A stretch of DNA of 64,000 nt, taken from assembly GCF_001194135.2 (NCBI RefSeq), contig NC_068998.1, positions 53,165,097-53,229,096 of the forward strand, written 5' to 3'. The DNA is from Octopus bimaculoides. Its lineage: Eukaryota. Below the pieces are notes generated by a model, which had not been told where the DNA came from, made no database searches, and was given only the letters and a program-made list of their open reading frames with translations. This document shows, one piece after another, positions 39,606-52,713 of the stretch (position 1 is the first letter of the stretch; each line of letters opens with the position of its first letter). The translations under genes were made by a program, and so were the position numbers.

Positions 39606-40687
39606 GAGACTGTGTTTGCATTTGTTTATGAAACCTAACGAATGGTATACATAGATTTATAAATGACAGTGTATAATATCTTGGCTGAAAGATGAATATG
39701 GCTGAAAAAGTATAGGAACTACAGACCAATTATTAACATAAAAAGAACATACACATTTTTCATTGAAGGCCATCTATACAAAAACCTGTGATATGACCGT
39801 TCATATATCTATAGCAAAAAAAAAAACTCGATAGATTTTGTATAAAGTAATATAAAAACTGACAGTAGATATTTCTATATATTGGAAAATAAAACTAGTG
39901 AATTGGTGAATAGAATGTAGTAAAATCAATACAGGAATTTTCATGATTCTCTGAATATTGTATATCCTCTTTGTACCTTTTGTGATTTGCATGATGCCAT
40001 ACTAAACATGGTAAGCAATCCGCATGTAGTATCAAAATTTACTCAGCATGGAATCGATCACGTTTACACGTATGCCCTTAAAGTGATTGCAAATCACGAA
40101 AATAAAAACAAATTATTAGCGTAAACTTTAGACGGGTTTAGCGATGTCATGGTGACGGAATTGGAAATTAGAAAAGATGCATGTCGCTTTCGTGAGTTGA
40201 GGAGGAGTTTTAGTAAAAAGTAATGAGACGCAATTACAACATAAAATATGTATAGGGGGTTATAAACATCCAGATATGACATAACTTGATAATATAAACG
40301 AATATTTCGGTCGACGCTGGTTTTTCTTGTTGGAGTGAATAAGTAGAGGACACAAATCCTGGTGTCGATATAATCTATTAAATCTGTTGAATGTGGCGCC
40401 TCACGTTAACTGTCGTTCAATGCCTGAGAAACAAAACGGAATAAATGAATAAAATTAGGTTATACGAAAAATATTTAGAAAAGAAAAGAGATTTAAAAGT
40501 GCACTTCAATCACACTTTATAGAAGTAGTAAGAACATTCGCTTGCGATTGGCTAGAATAACAGAAGTTCCGCTGAGTTATAATGACGTTATGAAAATGAA
40601 GTGCAGAAGAATAGAGCGACTTAGGTGGAGGGGTAGATCTTTATATCCCTAATATATTTATATATTTTTCATTTAAGTAGTTTCGAA

Positions 40688-40900
40688 GGCTTTGATGCGG
40701 CAGGCTCGTTAGTCCATCGGACAAAAATTAATAGCTTTCGATACGTTCCGTTCTCAGTTCAAATCATGCCGATGTCATTGTCGCCTTTTTACCCTTTCAG
40801 GGTCGATAAATAAAGTATAGGTGAAACATATAAATCGTTGTAAATGACTATCACATTTCTCCTGGAATTGCTAGCTTTGTGCGAAGACTTGAAACCAATA
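40688..40900 (+). mobile_element. SINE family A, strongly diverged, tail type 2
   Basis: gttctcagttcaaatc B-box, ccctttcagggtcgataaataaagta core, gctttgtgcgaagacttgaaaccaatatt tail. Confidence 0.7.
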
Positions 40901-41625
40901 TTTATATAATATTTCAAACGCAATAAAGCCATAATAAAAAAATATGCACACTGATATGGCAGCATATAATTTGTCTCTATTACGTCATGATTTTCTTAAA
41001 ATCAAGAGTACAAATATATCTTTTTTCCCGTCTGCTTCAATTTCTGTACCAATTTCCCTCTATGTCAGTGATTTATTGTATTCCGTTTTTATAGAAATTT
41101 CGACTCGATTTTTATATCTGCAATTTTTCGTCGACGGCCAATCGTTGGCATGCAACAGATACTTGTTATGGAATTCAATAATCCGTCCTCTGACCAATGA
41201 ACTTCGAATGATTGTTTCACGGGTTGCTGAAAAAGTATCACTGCACAGTTTCTAAACATTTATGAACATTTACGACAGATCGATGATCTGTGACAGGGAA
41301 CTCTGACAAAATGTTTGTGAAGTCATTGCTGTTTCACTAAACCATTAACTTTTACTCTCAATCTCACTCTCTCTCTTTCTGTATATATGTGTGTATATGC
41401 GAGAGTGTGTAAATTTCTTTCAATTAAAATATTAAAATGATTCATGCTTTTGGTTGAAGCAATACTATATTGTGAAGAAATATTTTAAAATTCAAGTCTG
41501 CAAAGGAAATGAAATAAACAAAATGCTACTGTAATCTTGGGGTTAGTTGCCCGCGCTCTTAACTATGTGACCTGAATAATAATAATAAGAAGAAGAAGAA
41601 CAACAACAACAACAACAACGGAAAC

Positions 41626-41760
41626 AAACCTGAGGAATGAGAAGCCAGGTTCTAAATTCCCACAGGTCACCTGATGAAGGCTGGAGAATACATCAGCCGA
41701 AACGTTGTGGTAACAACAAAACAAGATGAGAACAAATATCCGTCAAATGTAAATAGTGTA
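41626..41760 (+). mobile_element. Probable Penelope-like element terminal-repeat fragment
   Basis: Carries cctgatgaaggc...gccgaaacgttg, the hammerhead-type motif typical of PLE pseudo-LTRs; follows an (AAT)/(AAG)/(AAC) tract. No RT or GIY-YIG ORF seen nearby. Confidence 0.55.
41666..41711 (+). ncRNA. Minimal type I hammerhead ribozyme motif
   Basis: Stem I gtcac/gtggt; core CTGATGA 41671-41677 plus one extra A; stem II ggctg/cagcc; GAAA 41699-41702; palindromic AACGTT as stem III; predicted cut after GUU at 41706. Confidence 0.7.
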
Positions 41761-42464
41761 GTGTAGAAATTTACATTTGTCTTCCACAGCGCGACCTCAA
41801 CTAACCATAGTGTAGAAACGATAACAAAGAATATGGCTGAAATAGCAAGAACAAATTACTATACCGTACAAATAAATCTCTAGAAGAAATTATCTAGAGA
41901 TAAACCAATGAAATCAATACATATTCTATATATATACTATGCTAATATTATCATAAATAATAGTAACTAGCAACCACAGAAGAAAATATCGAGAGTGACT
42001 GCAGAAACAAATAAAGAGCGAATAGACAAGGACGCGCACACCGAATGGGGAAAGCGAGAGGAAAACAACATTACCTATAAGGAACATATAACTATAAAAA
42101 ATTTAGAAATACCGGAAATTAGAGATCAAAAACATATAAATGTGGCAAAAACCTAGCAGATCAGATGATTAGATAAGGCCTTCAAACAATATGTGTGAAA
42201 AGCCAGTTTTAGTGAATTGAGTTTTAGAGCAATTGTATATAAAAGCATAAATAACTACATGTAAGAGAGTGTTTGGAAGATAGTAGTTGAAGACTGCATT
42301 TGAAAATATGTCGAATGGCCATTTATTTGTGATATGATTACTTCAATGTGATGAGGTTGTTTATCTCCAAGTCAACTGTGATCGACGAAAAGTATTAGGA
42401 TCTTTGCATTTCTATTTTCGGCGATGCCTTCAGGTTTGTGGTCGTACCAATTATTTATTTACTT

Positions 42465-42559
42465 ATTATTAATAAGTAAATAATAATAATCTTCATTATT
42501 ATTATTTATTTACTTATTATTATCATTATTATCATTATTATTATTATTATTATTATTAG
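42465..42559. repeat. (ATT)n-rich tract with internal duplication of ttattatttatttacttattatt
   Basis: Direct reading. Confidence 0.8.
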
Positions 42560-44901
42560 AGTAAATACAAATTTAGAGACGTTGAATTCTTATCCAAAAC
42601 TTTTCAAATACAACTTGCCGTAGATGTGGAATAAGTGTTCGGAAAGTAATTCACAATACATCCAATATTCAATAAGTGTAGACAATGAATGTGTCTTAAA
42701 GAATAAATTTTTGAGAGATGCAATTCGCAAACACACTGCATTAAATATGTTAATACTAACATATTTAATGCATTAATCATCAAAAAGTTTCATAAAAAAT
42801 TAATTATAGGTTAATGAAAAACCAATATTAGTTAATGAATAAAATTGTTTTAATTATGAAAATGCTGGTTGGTTGTGTAAATGCATTTTTCTGTCTTAAT
42901 TTCTTTTAATACTCCTGCTAGCTTTAGAGGATTTTTTTCTTATAGCAGACATTTTCAATTATGTGTACATTAATATTGATTTATATCATAATCAGAAGGT
43001 TAAATATTTTGGAGAACGGTTTGGATGATTATATTTACCTCATGGAACTGATTTGTTAGTTTCTCGACACCGAAATAATAAAATACAACAGTCGTAGAAA
43101 TAGAACACAGGATGTTGAGGGATATGAACAAAAGCAAGCAACTATATGTAAATATAGTTGCTTGCTTTTGCTGTTTATCCAAGCTTTTAGCGCTGATCAA
43201 GAAGTATAATATGAATTAATCCAGATTTGGCCATCCCTACTTACGCTACAACACAGAAAAAATGGCCCTATTATACAGTGTGCTTCTGTGAATGCAGAAA
43301 AGCCGAAGGAGGAATACCTCATCAAATCTGAAGTCCTTTACTAATGTTTCACCAGACCAGACGGGACTTGACAAAAAAGCCCGCCCCCCTGAAAAAAAAA
43401 GACAGAAAACACAAAATTCTGATGTGAAACAGAGTGTAGAAATTAGCCTATTGACCAAGACAGACATATGTCTTTTAGAATTGTATTGTTTCAAAATCTT
43501 TTCTGTGTTTCAGAATAACCTTAACTACTTCGCCAATGTGTCGGATGTATAGACTTTATTGGCCGGCATTAAATTCTGGCAGAGAAAGACGTGCACATTA
43601 ACCGAATCTAATTAAATATAATGTGTTAGGGACTTTGTGAAATCTTGCCTTTTAATTGATATTTACAATAGCAACTTATTGCTTGTCAGAAAATCTAAGA
43701 CAAAATTCAGTCTATGAAAAGAAATGATTTCCTGTGCGAAAAACAATAAAAACAAAAACTGAGTTAAAAAAACATGAAAAACAAACCAAGTCAGTCATCA
43801 ATTCTATTTTGATTCTTATCTTTTAACGTCTAAGAAAGTAAGTAACTTATCGTAATTCAATCAAATGTTATCGTTTATTCCCTCCCCATCTAGATGACTT
43901 ATCAGTTTTGCATCCATATAGATTTTTATTGCTTTCCACAGGGAGTAAAACACAAAAACTGCACAAGACAAAATTATCTGAACAATTTCCCCTTATTTCA
44001 CAAGAATATACACCAAATAGTTTTGTTCTATAGTTCACAGATTTGCTGAGATCTATATTAATACTTTTTTTTTTTACATTATTATCTTTCGATAATTTTA
44101 TTTTTGATTTTCGGACTAGGAAATTCAATTATCTTATTAACGGAACTCTAGTAACACTCCTGAAGGAATCGCTTCACTGGTCATTTTGTTGCACATGAAT
44201 TCTACTAATAACACTTTTAACACCAAGTTGTTGTATAAATATGTCTTATGAATTATCAATATTCTAATGATATTGTTATCTGCGAGTTTGGACAGAATAT
44301 ATAATTTTTAATAAAGAAAATATAAAATTATTGTAAACATAAAGCTGTATTATCAAATTTATTAATGGTTATGAATATCTCTTTCGAAACTCTATAAATG
44401 ATTCCATATACACTAAGTTTTTGTTTACGTTATCACTTTGTTTTAAAAGTTTTTCACTTATTTAGGAATTTTGAATCAAATAATAAATGCAATATTTATT
44501 CTGTTTTGTGAGAAGTTTGAAATCTTGCTAAATATAGCATTTCGTAAATATTCAATTCTGGTTCGATCTTTGTGAAGATTTGTTTTTCGTTTACATCATG
44601 ATTATCATCAACCTGAAGGAAACAAAATAAGGAATACAATAATAAATTCCAGAACCGATTCCGTTATCCTTCACACCCGTACAACCTAATTGTACGATCG
44701 CCTTTTGTCCTTTGTTATATTTTAATTATTAATTTAGATTTACTCTTTAGCCCTAGATAAATTCTTATAGATGTAACTAATAGAACACGGACTGTGTTAT
44801 ACCGCTTTCCCCCCCCCCCAAGACAACATGGTACATCCAACAACGGTGAATGCTCGTGCAAAAAGACACACAATTGATTTAGTTTAGGCCATACATATTA
44901 C

Positions 44902-44985
44902 AGAGAAATGCTTATCATTAAAACTATCAAAACGTTGAATCAAAGAGAAATCCTTATCCTTACAACTATCAAAACGTTGTATCAA
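44902..44985. repeat. 42-bp tandem duplication, two copies, 4 mismatches
   Basis: agagaaatgcttatcattaaaactatcaaaacgttgaatcaa / agagaaatccttatccttacaactatcaaaacgttgtatcaa. Confidence 0.9.
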
Positions 44986-45200
44986 ATATATGATATTAAC
45001 TCTAAATATAATAGAATGTTGAATGGTTCGTGAAAGAGCTAATTCCATAAGACATAAATTAGACAAGTGAAACGTATAAAGTTTACGTTCAGTTATAATG
45101 TTGCAGATAATGCCACATTGTATTTAGGACGCTTGTATTACTAATCTTATTTTCGTATGTGCTACACGTAGTATATTGTGTTCATTTTTCTTTTCAGTAA

Positions 45201-45302
45201 ATGTCAGGTCACTCTATGGGCTTCATGGTACTTCGTGGCATGTGTAACAGGAAAGTTATTTTCAGCTATGGCATAGTTTTAAGTTTTCTGTTAAAACAAA
45301 TA
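45201..45302 (+). CDS. Candidate coding exon, unverified: MSGHSMGFMVLRGMCNRKVIFSYGIVLSFLLKQI
   Basis: Strong acceptor ttcatttttcttttcag (ends 45197), ATG three bases in, open frame to a GTAAGT donor at 45303. No homology recognised. Confidence 0.25.
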
Positions 45303-48300
45303 GTAAGTAGAACTTAAGTTATGACATTTATAAAGTTGAGAAATATATCTTCTCGCAAATATAATAAAACAGTGTGGACTAAACGGACGACGTTAAATGT
45401 CATTTCGTTCTGCTGTAGTTGAGCAAAGGTAAAAATCGGATAAGCATGCTTATTTGGCAAATATTTTGTTAATTTCAAAATTTATATTCAGTATTAAAAG
45501 TATGAGATTTTTTAAATAATAATATTTAACAGAATAAACGAAATTAAACATGATTGGATAACAGTAAATATTTCTGTGTTTTGTTATTGAAATTGCATTA
45601 CTGTGATATATCTAGTCGCCATTTTTATCATATTATTCTGTATAATTATTTACGTTTTTAATGAATAAAAGCAGCTATGTAAACTAAATAATTTTGTCTA
45701 GAGAATTTTAATTACATCAAAATTTATCATTGAATTAACAATTATTTTATTGCTTAATGACAGGAAATAATGGAAATAATGTAATCTGTAGCAAATATTG
45801 TAGTGTGGCCGAGAATTTATGTTATATGTTAACAGAGTTTCCATGTGGAAGGATATATCTCATGAGAATAATTAACAGATGATTCTATGTTGTGTTTGAT
45901 AAATATTACACATGGACTGCAATATAGTTTGAAGGAATTCCTAATATAGTGAGGTGATAGTGGATGCAGACAAGAAGGCTATAAGGGATCTAGCACACAG
46001 TCGTTTGCCAGACAGATATAGAAATCAACTCCTGTCGATATCACAACTTTTACGCGTAAACCACATTACCCAATGTACTTCTGCAGATATAAAGAAATAT
46101 AAAATGGAATACCTTGGATTATAAACTTGTTCAAACTGGTATAATCTGGTTTTGAATAGCAACAACAAATGTGAGAACAAGGACTGAGACGATATCTCTG
46201 CCTGATTGGTTAAGATTGTTTATTACGTTTCTCGCTTCAACCATCCAAATGAACTGGGTCTTTTAGGACTTAAATTACCTGATCACAGGATTATTGCAAT
46301 GCCAGTTAAGTGATACAAATATTGGATTCTTTGACTCTTCTTTCATTTAAAACTGGCAATTATGGTTATCTCCTAGTTTCTTTTTCCAAAACAGGCATTT
46401 ATCTGTTTCTCACCATCGGTGTTCTACTCTAAAGTAGTCCAGGCCAAACTGTTACGGTGGTTTTGTCGATGAGGGCCGATCTCTCACATAACCAGCCTCT
46501 CGTCCTCAAATCAAAAGAGCAAAAATTTCTAATTTAAGCATGGGCCCAGTAAATTTGACGGCATAGATCTTCCGATGCCAGTGATTTACTATTTCGAAAC
46601 TCTATAAACGGCTGTTATTCTAACGGAAGAGTGGTGCTTATCTCGGAAGTTTAAATAATAATTTTCTATTTAATGTTCCTTCTCAAATTTCTTTTCAATC
46701 TCCATGACACACCCGTATTTATTATTAATTTCTAAATATGGGAAACTCTTACTTTACTGTGATTTTGCTTCCTAACCTTTGCTTCAAATATTTTTATAAC
46801 TACTTTCCTTACTTGGAACTGGTCTTAATGCAATCTTCCAAATAGAATCTGTACCCGAATTCCCTTCTGATTTTCTGCACTCAATTTCAGTTTCACGAAT
46901 TCAAGTTTTACATATAATTCCTGATTCAAAAGATTGCGTAAAGTCATTTCTAATGCAATGAATTTCGATTTACAAGTCAGAGTGAATCCCTTTGGAATAT
47001 TTTCATCTGATAACGTTTGATTTTTCGTTTTATAATTCCCCTTTCGTGTGGATAGTTTTCTATCTCTCTTCCAATTCTTCGCAACATGCTCCTTATACTA
47101 TCGTGTTATTAGTGTTATCTTTATCTTAAATATCTTTTATGGAATCCATGTTTTCACATTCACAGTGAAAATCATTCCGGTAACGAAATCATGGAAGTAA
47201 CTTTCCATTCATCAATATTATAAAGTGAATCTTATATCCATATCTGCATTTGCAGCAAAAGGTCCCTGACATTTAAATGAAATGAAAGAAATATTTTTGT
47301 ACAAATAACCCAAAACAGTTCATATATAAACGACAGGAAAAAAATATATAGCATTTTTAATTGGGTATTTGTTAAGCCTTTCGGAGTAAGATAACCTTTC
47401 CTCTACGCTATATTTATTATTCATAAGTTCGTTTCTAACTATTTCAGTCTATCTTTATGCATTGTTTTAAACACTGTGTAGATATTTATTAGCCAGGGGT
47501 GATACAACATTTCACTTCCGAATGCTTTCCCATCATTGTTATTCTATGGTATAGGATTGTATATTTTTTTCTTGTTGATTTTGAAATTATCCCTATTCGA
47601 TATCCATCCATCATTTACAATCAGCAATAATGTTCCACCACAAATTTTGCAAACGAGAGATTGGTTTCTCTTTTGTTCATATTTTGTAAGGATATTTATG
47701 CTGTTAAATCAATTTCGTTTTTTTTTTTAAACAGGAGTTGTTTTTCTTAATAGCGTTTGTTTATTTTCAAATGATTTAACGAGTAACTTTCGTTGCAGGC
47801 GCGTTTCAATCACTGTTTTTTCTTGATCTCGTATTTTGGGTATTTACAGTACTTGTCCCAATCTTGTACAATTTGTGTATTGTTTTTTTCCGTGTCAAAT
47901 ATCTCATCAAGACAGAAACAGTTGTTTTGTTACATTCGGGAAGATAAAAATTAGGTTAGATGGTCTTAAATTTGGGATTTAAAAGAATCGCTGACACACT
48001 GAGTAATCTAATTCTAGACAGAGTCTTCTTAAAGGAAAACAAAATGAAGTTTTGGGCTCGTAGTGTATGGAATGAAAGTAGGCCTCATATCTAATAATTA
48101 CTGACACAACAGCTACCCTGATTTGCATTAAAAACTATTGCATTTATTTTCTTTTTCTATCTAATCAAGTATGAGTTTCTAAAACTCTATAACACTATTT
48201 ATAATTGTATTTGGAAAGTTCTTTGATTGACTAAAAGGAAATATACTTATTCCGAAATTTGATTTTCTTTTCTTGCGGCATTTTCTCTTCTATTGTGTAC

Positions 48301-49288
48301 ACGCATCGGTTTCAGAAACTTAAATTGTTCGTGTTCATTCTTCATACAACCAGAAAATGTATGGAAGGAACAATCAGAAACTAAAAGCCCCATAAAAATA
48401 AAAGTCACATCATTGTAATCATCTCCCACTACTCCTCTACATATATTGCATTGAAATATTATATGCTAGTCTATGTAATTACATCATATATTTGATCGTT
48501 TTTTATTATATGATTACCACTGTCTTATTAACAGACACTTCGTATTTGAATCACTTTACGCCATTCTCTTGTTAAAAAAATTTCAATATCTTGATGCTGG
48601 CGTTTGTTTGCGTTTGGTTACTACAAAACAAAAACATTCACAGTGTAACTATAAAACCAAATTTAGCTCTTTAGAATACCACAATTTACTGTGAATCTGA
48701 AGTGTCTATAATCCCATGAAACATAATAAACACCATTCGTTACTTATTTCCACTTGCCGTATAACACTTCTTTTATTCTCGGCACTACTATTTGTTTTAC
48801 AAGCATGTGGCTGGAAAACGTGTAATTCATTTTGTTAAACAAGTTTGATATATTTAGGTAGTAGACAGTGTTTCCAAATAGTTCTTTTGAGAACTTCATT
48901 GAACTTGAAAAGAAATCTTGCCAAAGTTGGGAAAATCAATTCTCTTAAAGCTTTTGATGGAAACATCTTAATCCAATAACAAGCAACTCTTAAAGCAGAG
49001 CCAAACTAAGCAAGAATAAGAATTCTTGAGAGCATGTGTAATTTATTACAACACTGTTATAGATTATTTATCGACTAAATCCTTCACAGACCATATGTAG
49101 ATGTTGGGAATGTAACTGGTCCAGTAGAATCATTAGCATTATAGTACGCATTCATTGGTTCCTAATACAAGTCTATCAGATTGTGGTATTTTACAGACAC
49201 GAAAGGAAATTTCAAACACAGCACAGCTATTAAAAAAAGCAGAACGATTGTGTATTTACACTTAGAAGACGGAAAAAAGTTGCCAGCA

Positions 49289-49354
49289 GCCAGTTGCAGG
49301 AGTCGAACTCGTACCGCTCAGACACGAGTTGAGTATTCTAACATTAAGTTCAGG
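49289..49354 (-). pseudogene. tRNA-like remnant
   Basis: Reverse complement has B-box gagttcgactcc and a degenerate A-box region (aatgttaga); cloverleaf not intact. Confidence 0.45.
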
Positions 49355-49647
49355 TTAGTTATTCAGAGTAGAACTTTCACCACATACTCATAATGGTAAG
49401 TTTCATGTTAATAGGTGTTTCCCAATGCAAGAAAGTCTATCATAAATGTTAAGATGCACCTAAGCATCTACGAAATTAAAACAGTTCAAACGTCTCTCAT
49501 TAATTGACGCAGGACTATAAGTACTCAGTACTCAGTGATGGTCAGTAATGTTTTGAGCTGGAATTCGGTCATAACTGATTATATACTTTCGCCCCCTTTC
49601 CAATTTAATGGCAACAGGATGCCATTTACGGAGGTTTACATTGTCAT

Positions 49648-49713
49648 TCTTGCTGGACAAGTGACTAAAATATGTTCCATGTTCTTCAGCCTAGGCCATT
49701 ACCGATTGCACAT
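49648..49713 (-). mobile_element. Possible LINE ORF2 C-terminal Cys/His motif remnant
   Basis: Minus strand reads MCNR*WPRLKNMEHILVTCPAR, similar to CxxC...ETxEHILxxCP. Confidence 0.35.
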
Positions 49714-52289
49714 ATTTTATTGACAAAGATACTCCATACTTAACGATCTCATATTTATGTATCACGAGATGCACCCACGAGAGCGTTATCCATTATGTTC
49801 CTTCTTTTAACACAGTCCGTGTTCTATTTCCGCGCGTGTCTATGTGTGAGTGAGTGTGCGTGTCTAAGTGTGTGCGTAGTTGGGAGAGCTTCTCTGCTAA
49901 TTCTTGAAGATTGGCAGTAAACTAATTCTTTTATCATATTCGGAAATTATCATGTTAAGTATTATTTCGTTTTAATACTATGTATGTTCGTTCACAATAT
50001 ATTCTACGAAAATCCGATGTATCCTTAGGTAACTCTATGCGAATCAATGAAATGTGAAAACTATAACACTTTCATAGGCCGATAAATTTATTGGCATGAT
50101 ACACTGCAGAAATTCCTGGGAAATGTATCAACATGAAAGCTGCAATTTCGCTTCCAGTTATATTCTTTTTGTAAACTTGGAACATATATCAAGAACAAAA
50201 ATATTACACCAACATACGGTTTAACTTATTATGAATGGGCTTTCGTAAAATTGGTTGTCTTACTTTTTATCCGCTATATTTAGTTTTCAGCTTATTTTCT
50301 GCAAAATTTACATCGAAGAAATAAATGTGATGCGGGACGTTACTAGCCAATTTATTCAAACTACACTCTACAGTCTGTATACAGGAAAGAGAAGAATAGA
50401 TTGTTGAATTCATGATGCAGTATGTGTAATAAAACGACGGGGTAGTCACGGCCGTACATCTTAGATTCCTGCCATTCAAACTAATACTAAAACCACAATA
50501 ACTATATTCGGAAGACCAAATGTGAATGCAATTAGCGAAATCATAATCAGAAAGGTAATTAGTACATACATGTACATACATATACACATACAATTGTAAT
50601 TGTACCGTTGAAGAGAAAACTATAGTTTTAAATGAAATTCATTGATGGGCTCTTAAAACAGTAAAATACAGTCGTTTTAGAATTTTTTTAGAAAAATATC
50701 AGTACTAATACTGTTACTAATTCAGATCTGGGATAAATGGTACAGATTCCTCAGGTGATACGCACTAGAAATTAAAAGAAGTAAAAAGAAACATATTCGT
50801 ATTAAAACTCCATGTAAAGCGCTAACAACAGAAATGTTCTGCTACAGAATCACAGAGGATGCTCTTACCTCACAATGTTATAAAATGTTAGACATGCATA
50901 AATAGTCTTGTATATAGACGCCATTTCAAAAATCTATTCGGAAATATAAAATGTTACTGGTAATGATTTTGAGTTTAATGTCAATTTTAAGGGTTAAATA
51001 TGTTTTAGTTATTTAAACGTAATTTTCTTGAGGAAAAACCTTCAATATTTTGTTGAATGCTTTTGTTTGCACTTGTCTCATATAAAAGTCAAAATGACAC
51101 TTAACTTTCTGAAAACAATTCGATTACCTTCAACCAATAACCAATACATCATATCGAAATCCTTAATATATATATACTTCTGGTCTCCGAAGAAGATATG
51201 TGTAGAATGCCTATTATCTATTAAGGACATGGAAATTCTATAAGATTCTAAGATACTAATTGAATTAAGTATTTTTATGTATGCCATCTATCTACTCTTT
51301 CACCGAAATGCTATACAGCTGGTATACTGCCATTCCCCAAGCAGTTTCAAATGTATCAGTTATGCACACGCATCTTCCTTTCAATACAAAAAATAATCGT
51401 CGAAATTCTTACTCTAAACTCCCAACAAGTATTAGCTATGAAAACAGAAGCAAGAATTTTGTTGGTGAAGGAAATATGAATGAACGATGCAATTATACCA
51501 TGTAAACCGAAAGTTTGTTTTTTCCACTGAAGAAAGATTTGTTATAAAATACCTTTCTACACTTGTAAATGCGTGACTTAAAAAGCTATTTCAAAATTAT
51601 CATGGACAATATTTGACGCGCTACTTTAGAACATCACGTTGCGCACTACTCTCCATATAATATTATTTAACATTTTCTGAAATCAATTCTATGTCCGTCA
51701 GACCACCGCGATTCTTACTCGAAGCATCTCTCTATCTTAATCAGTAATTGTAACATCGGAAATAGTATTTTTTACAATTACTTTATATGGCGCCCATTCT
51801 TACAATTTCATTACATGGAGCCCAATTTATTTTCTCAGTTAAAACTTGAAATCTGCCTGTAATAATTCTTATCAACAGATGGCACCAACAATAAGATGTT
51901 CCCGTTATCTTTGCTCTAGATGTAATCCTCTCAAATCCCAAGAGTTTAGAATGTAAACGCCAATTTGCTAACGCTGTACAATCCCTCAGCCTATCATTAC
52001 TGTACCTCTATTTCTCGAATAATATCCGCATTTCTTCGTCTTAATATCCGTATCTGCTGTGAATTATCCGTAAGGTCAATGTAACATTAGAAATCAATGT
52101 CAAAAGGATTACTATCTGAATCGCTGGGCATATTGCTGCCGGCGTATTCGGATGACGATTAATTCTGACCAGAATAAATCAATGACCGAATCGATAAATG
52201 AGAAAGATATAAAAAAAGTTTAAATTAAAACTAAGACATTGATGGGCGCCATATTAACGAAGTTGATCATAACGATCATGTTGCTGGAA

Positions 52290-52430
52290 ATGATTATGCT
52301 GGAGAAAAAGAAGGAGAAAAAGAAGGAGAAAAGTAGTCTTCATGATAATGACGATGACAATAATGATAGCGATAAGGAAGAAGAGGAAAAGCAAGAAGGC
52401 AGCAAGAAGAACAATGTTGATAATAACTGC
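52290..52430. repeat. GAA/GAG/GAT low-complexity tract
   Basis: Direct reading; explains the 72-aa KKEK/DDDNND ORF. Confidence 0.75.
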
Positions 52431-52713
52431 CACGGCCATTATTGTGATTATGCTTAAAAAACGGAAAATACTATTATGATGTTGATGGTGTCGTTACTGC
52501 CCGTATGAATAGTGTTGGCAGCAGTTATGATGATGATAAAAATAATGAGCCTGGAGACTGCACAAGTTGAGGAGGATCCGTTTTAATTTGGAATGTTTTC
52601 CAGTTGCTGTCGTTTAATTGACAGCCGCCAGTTGGTCAATGATGGCACTTGTCCTTAGTTAACAATCCACTAAAAGGGACAGGAACAATGATTGTAACAA
52701 TAACGAACTCGTG

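Noticed and set aside
42414-42435. Minus-strand cctgaaggcatcgccgaaa, second hammerhead-like motif
   Set aside because: Core is incomplete and there is no NUH or stem I. Similar partial hits at 13901-13931, 17640-17670 and 34250-34280 also fail to fold.
43293-43342. Possible terminal exon KPKEEYLIKSEVLY*
   Set aside because: Mediocre acceptor and no linked upstream exon or homology. The 90-nt open segment at 50465-50554 is rejected for the same reasons.
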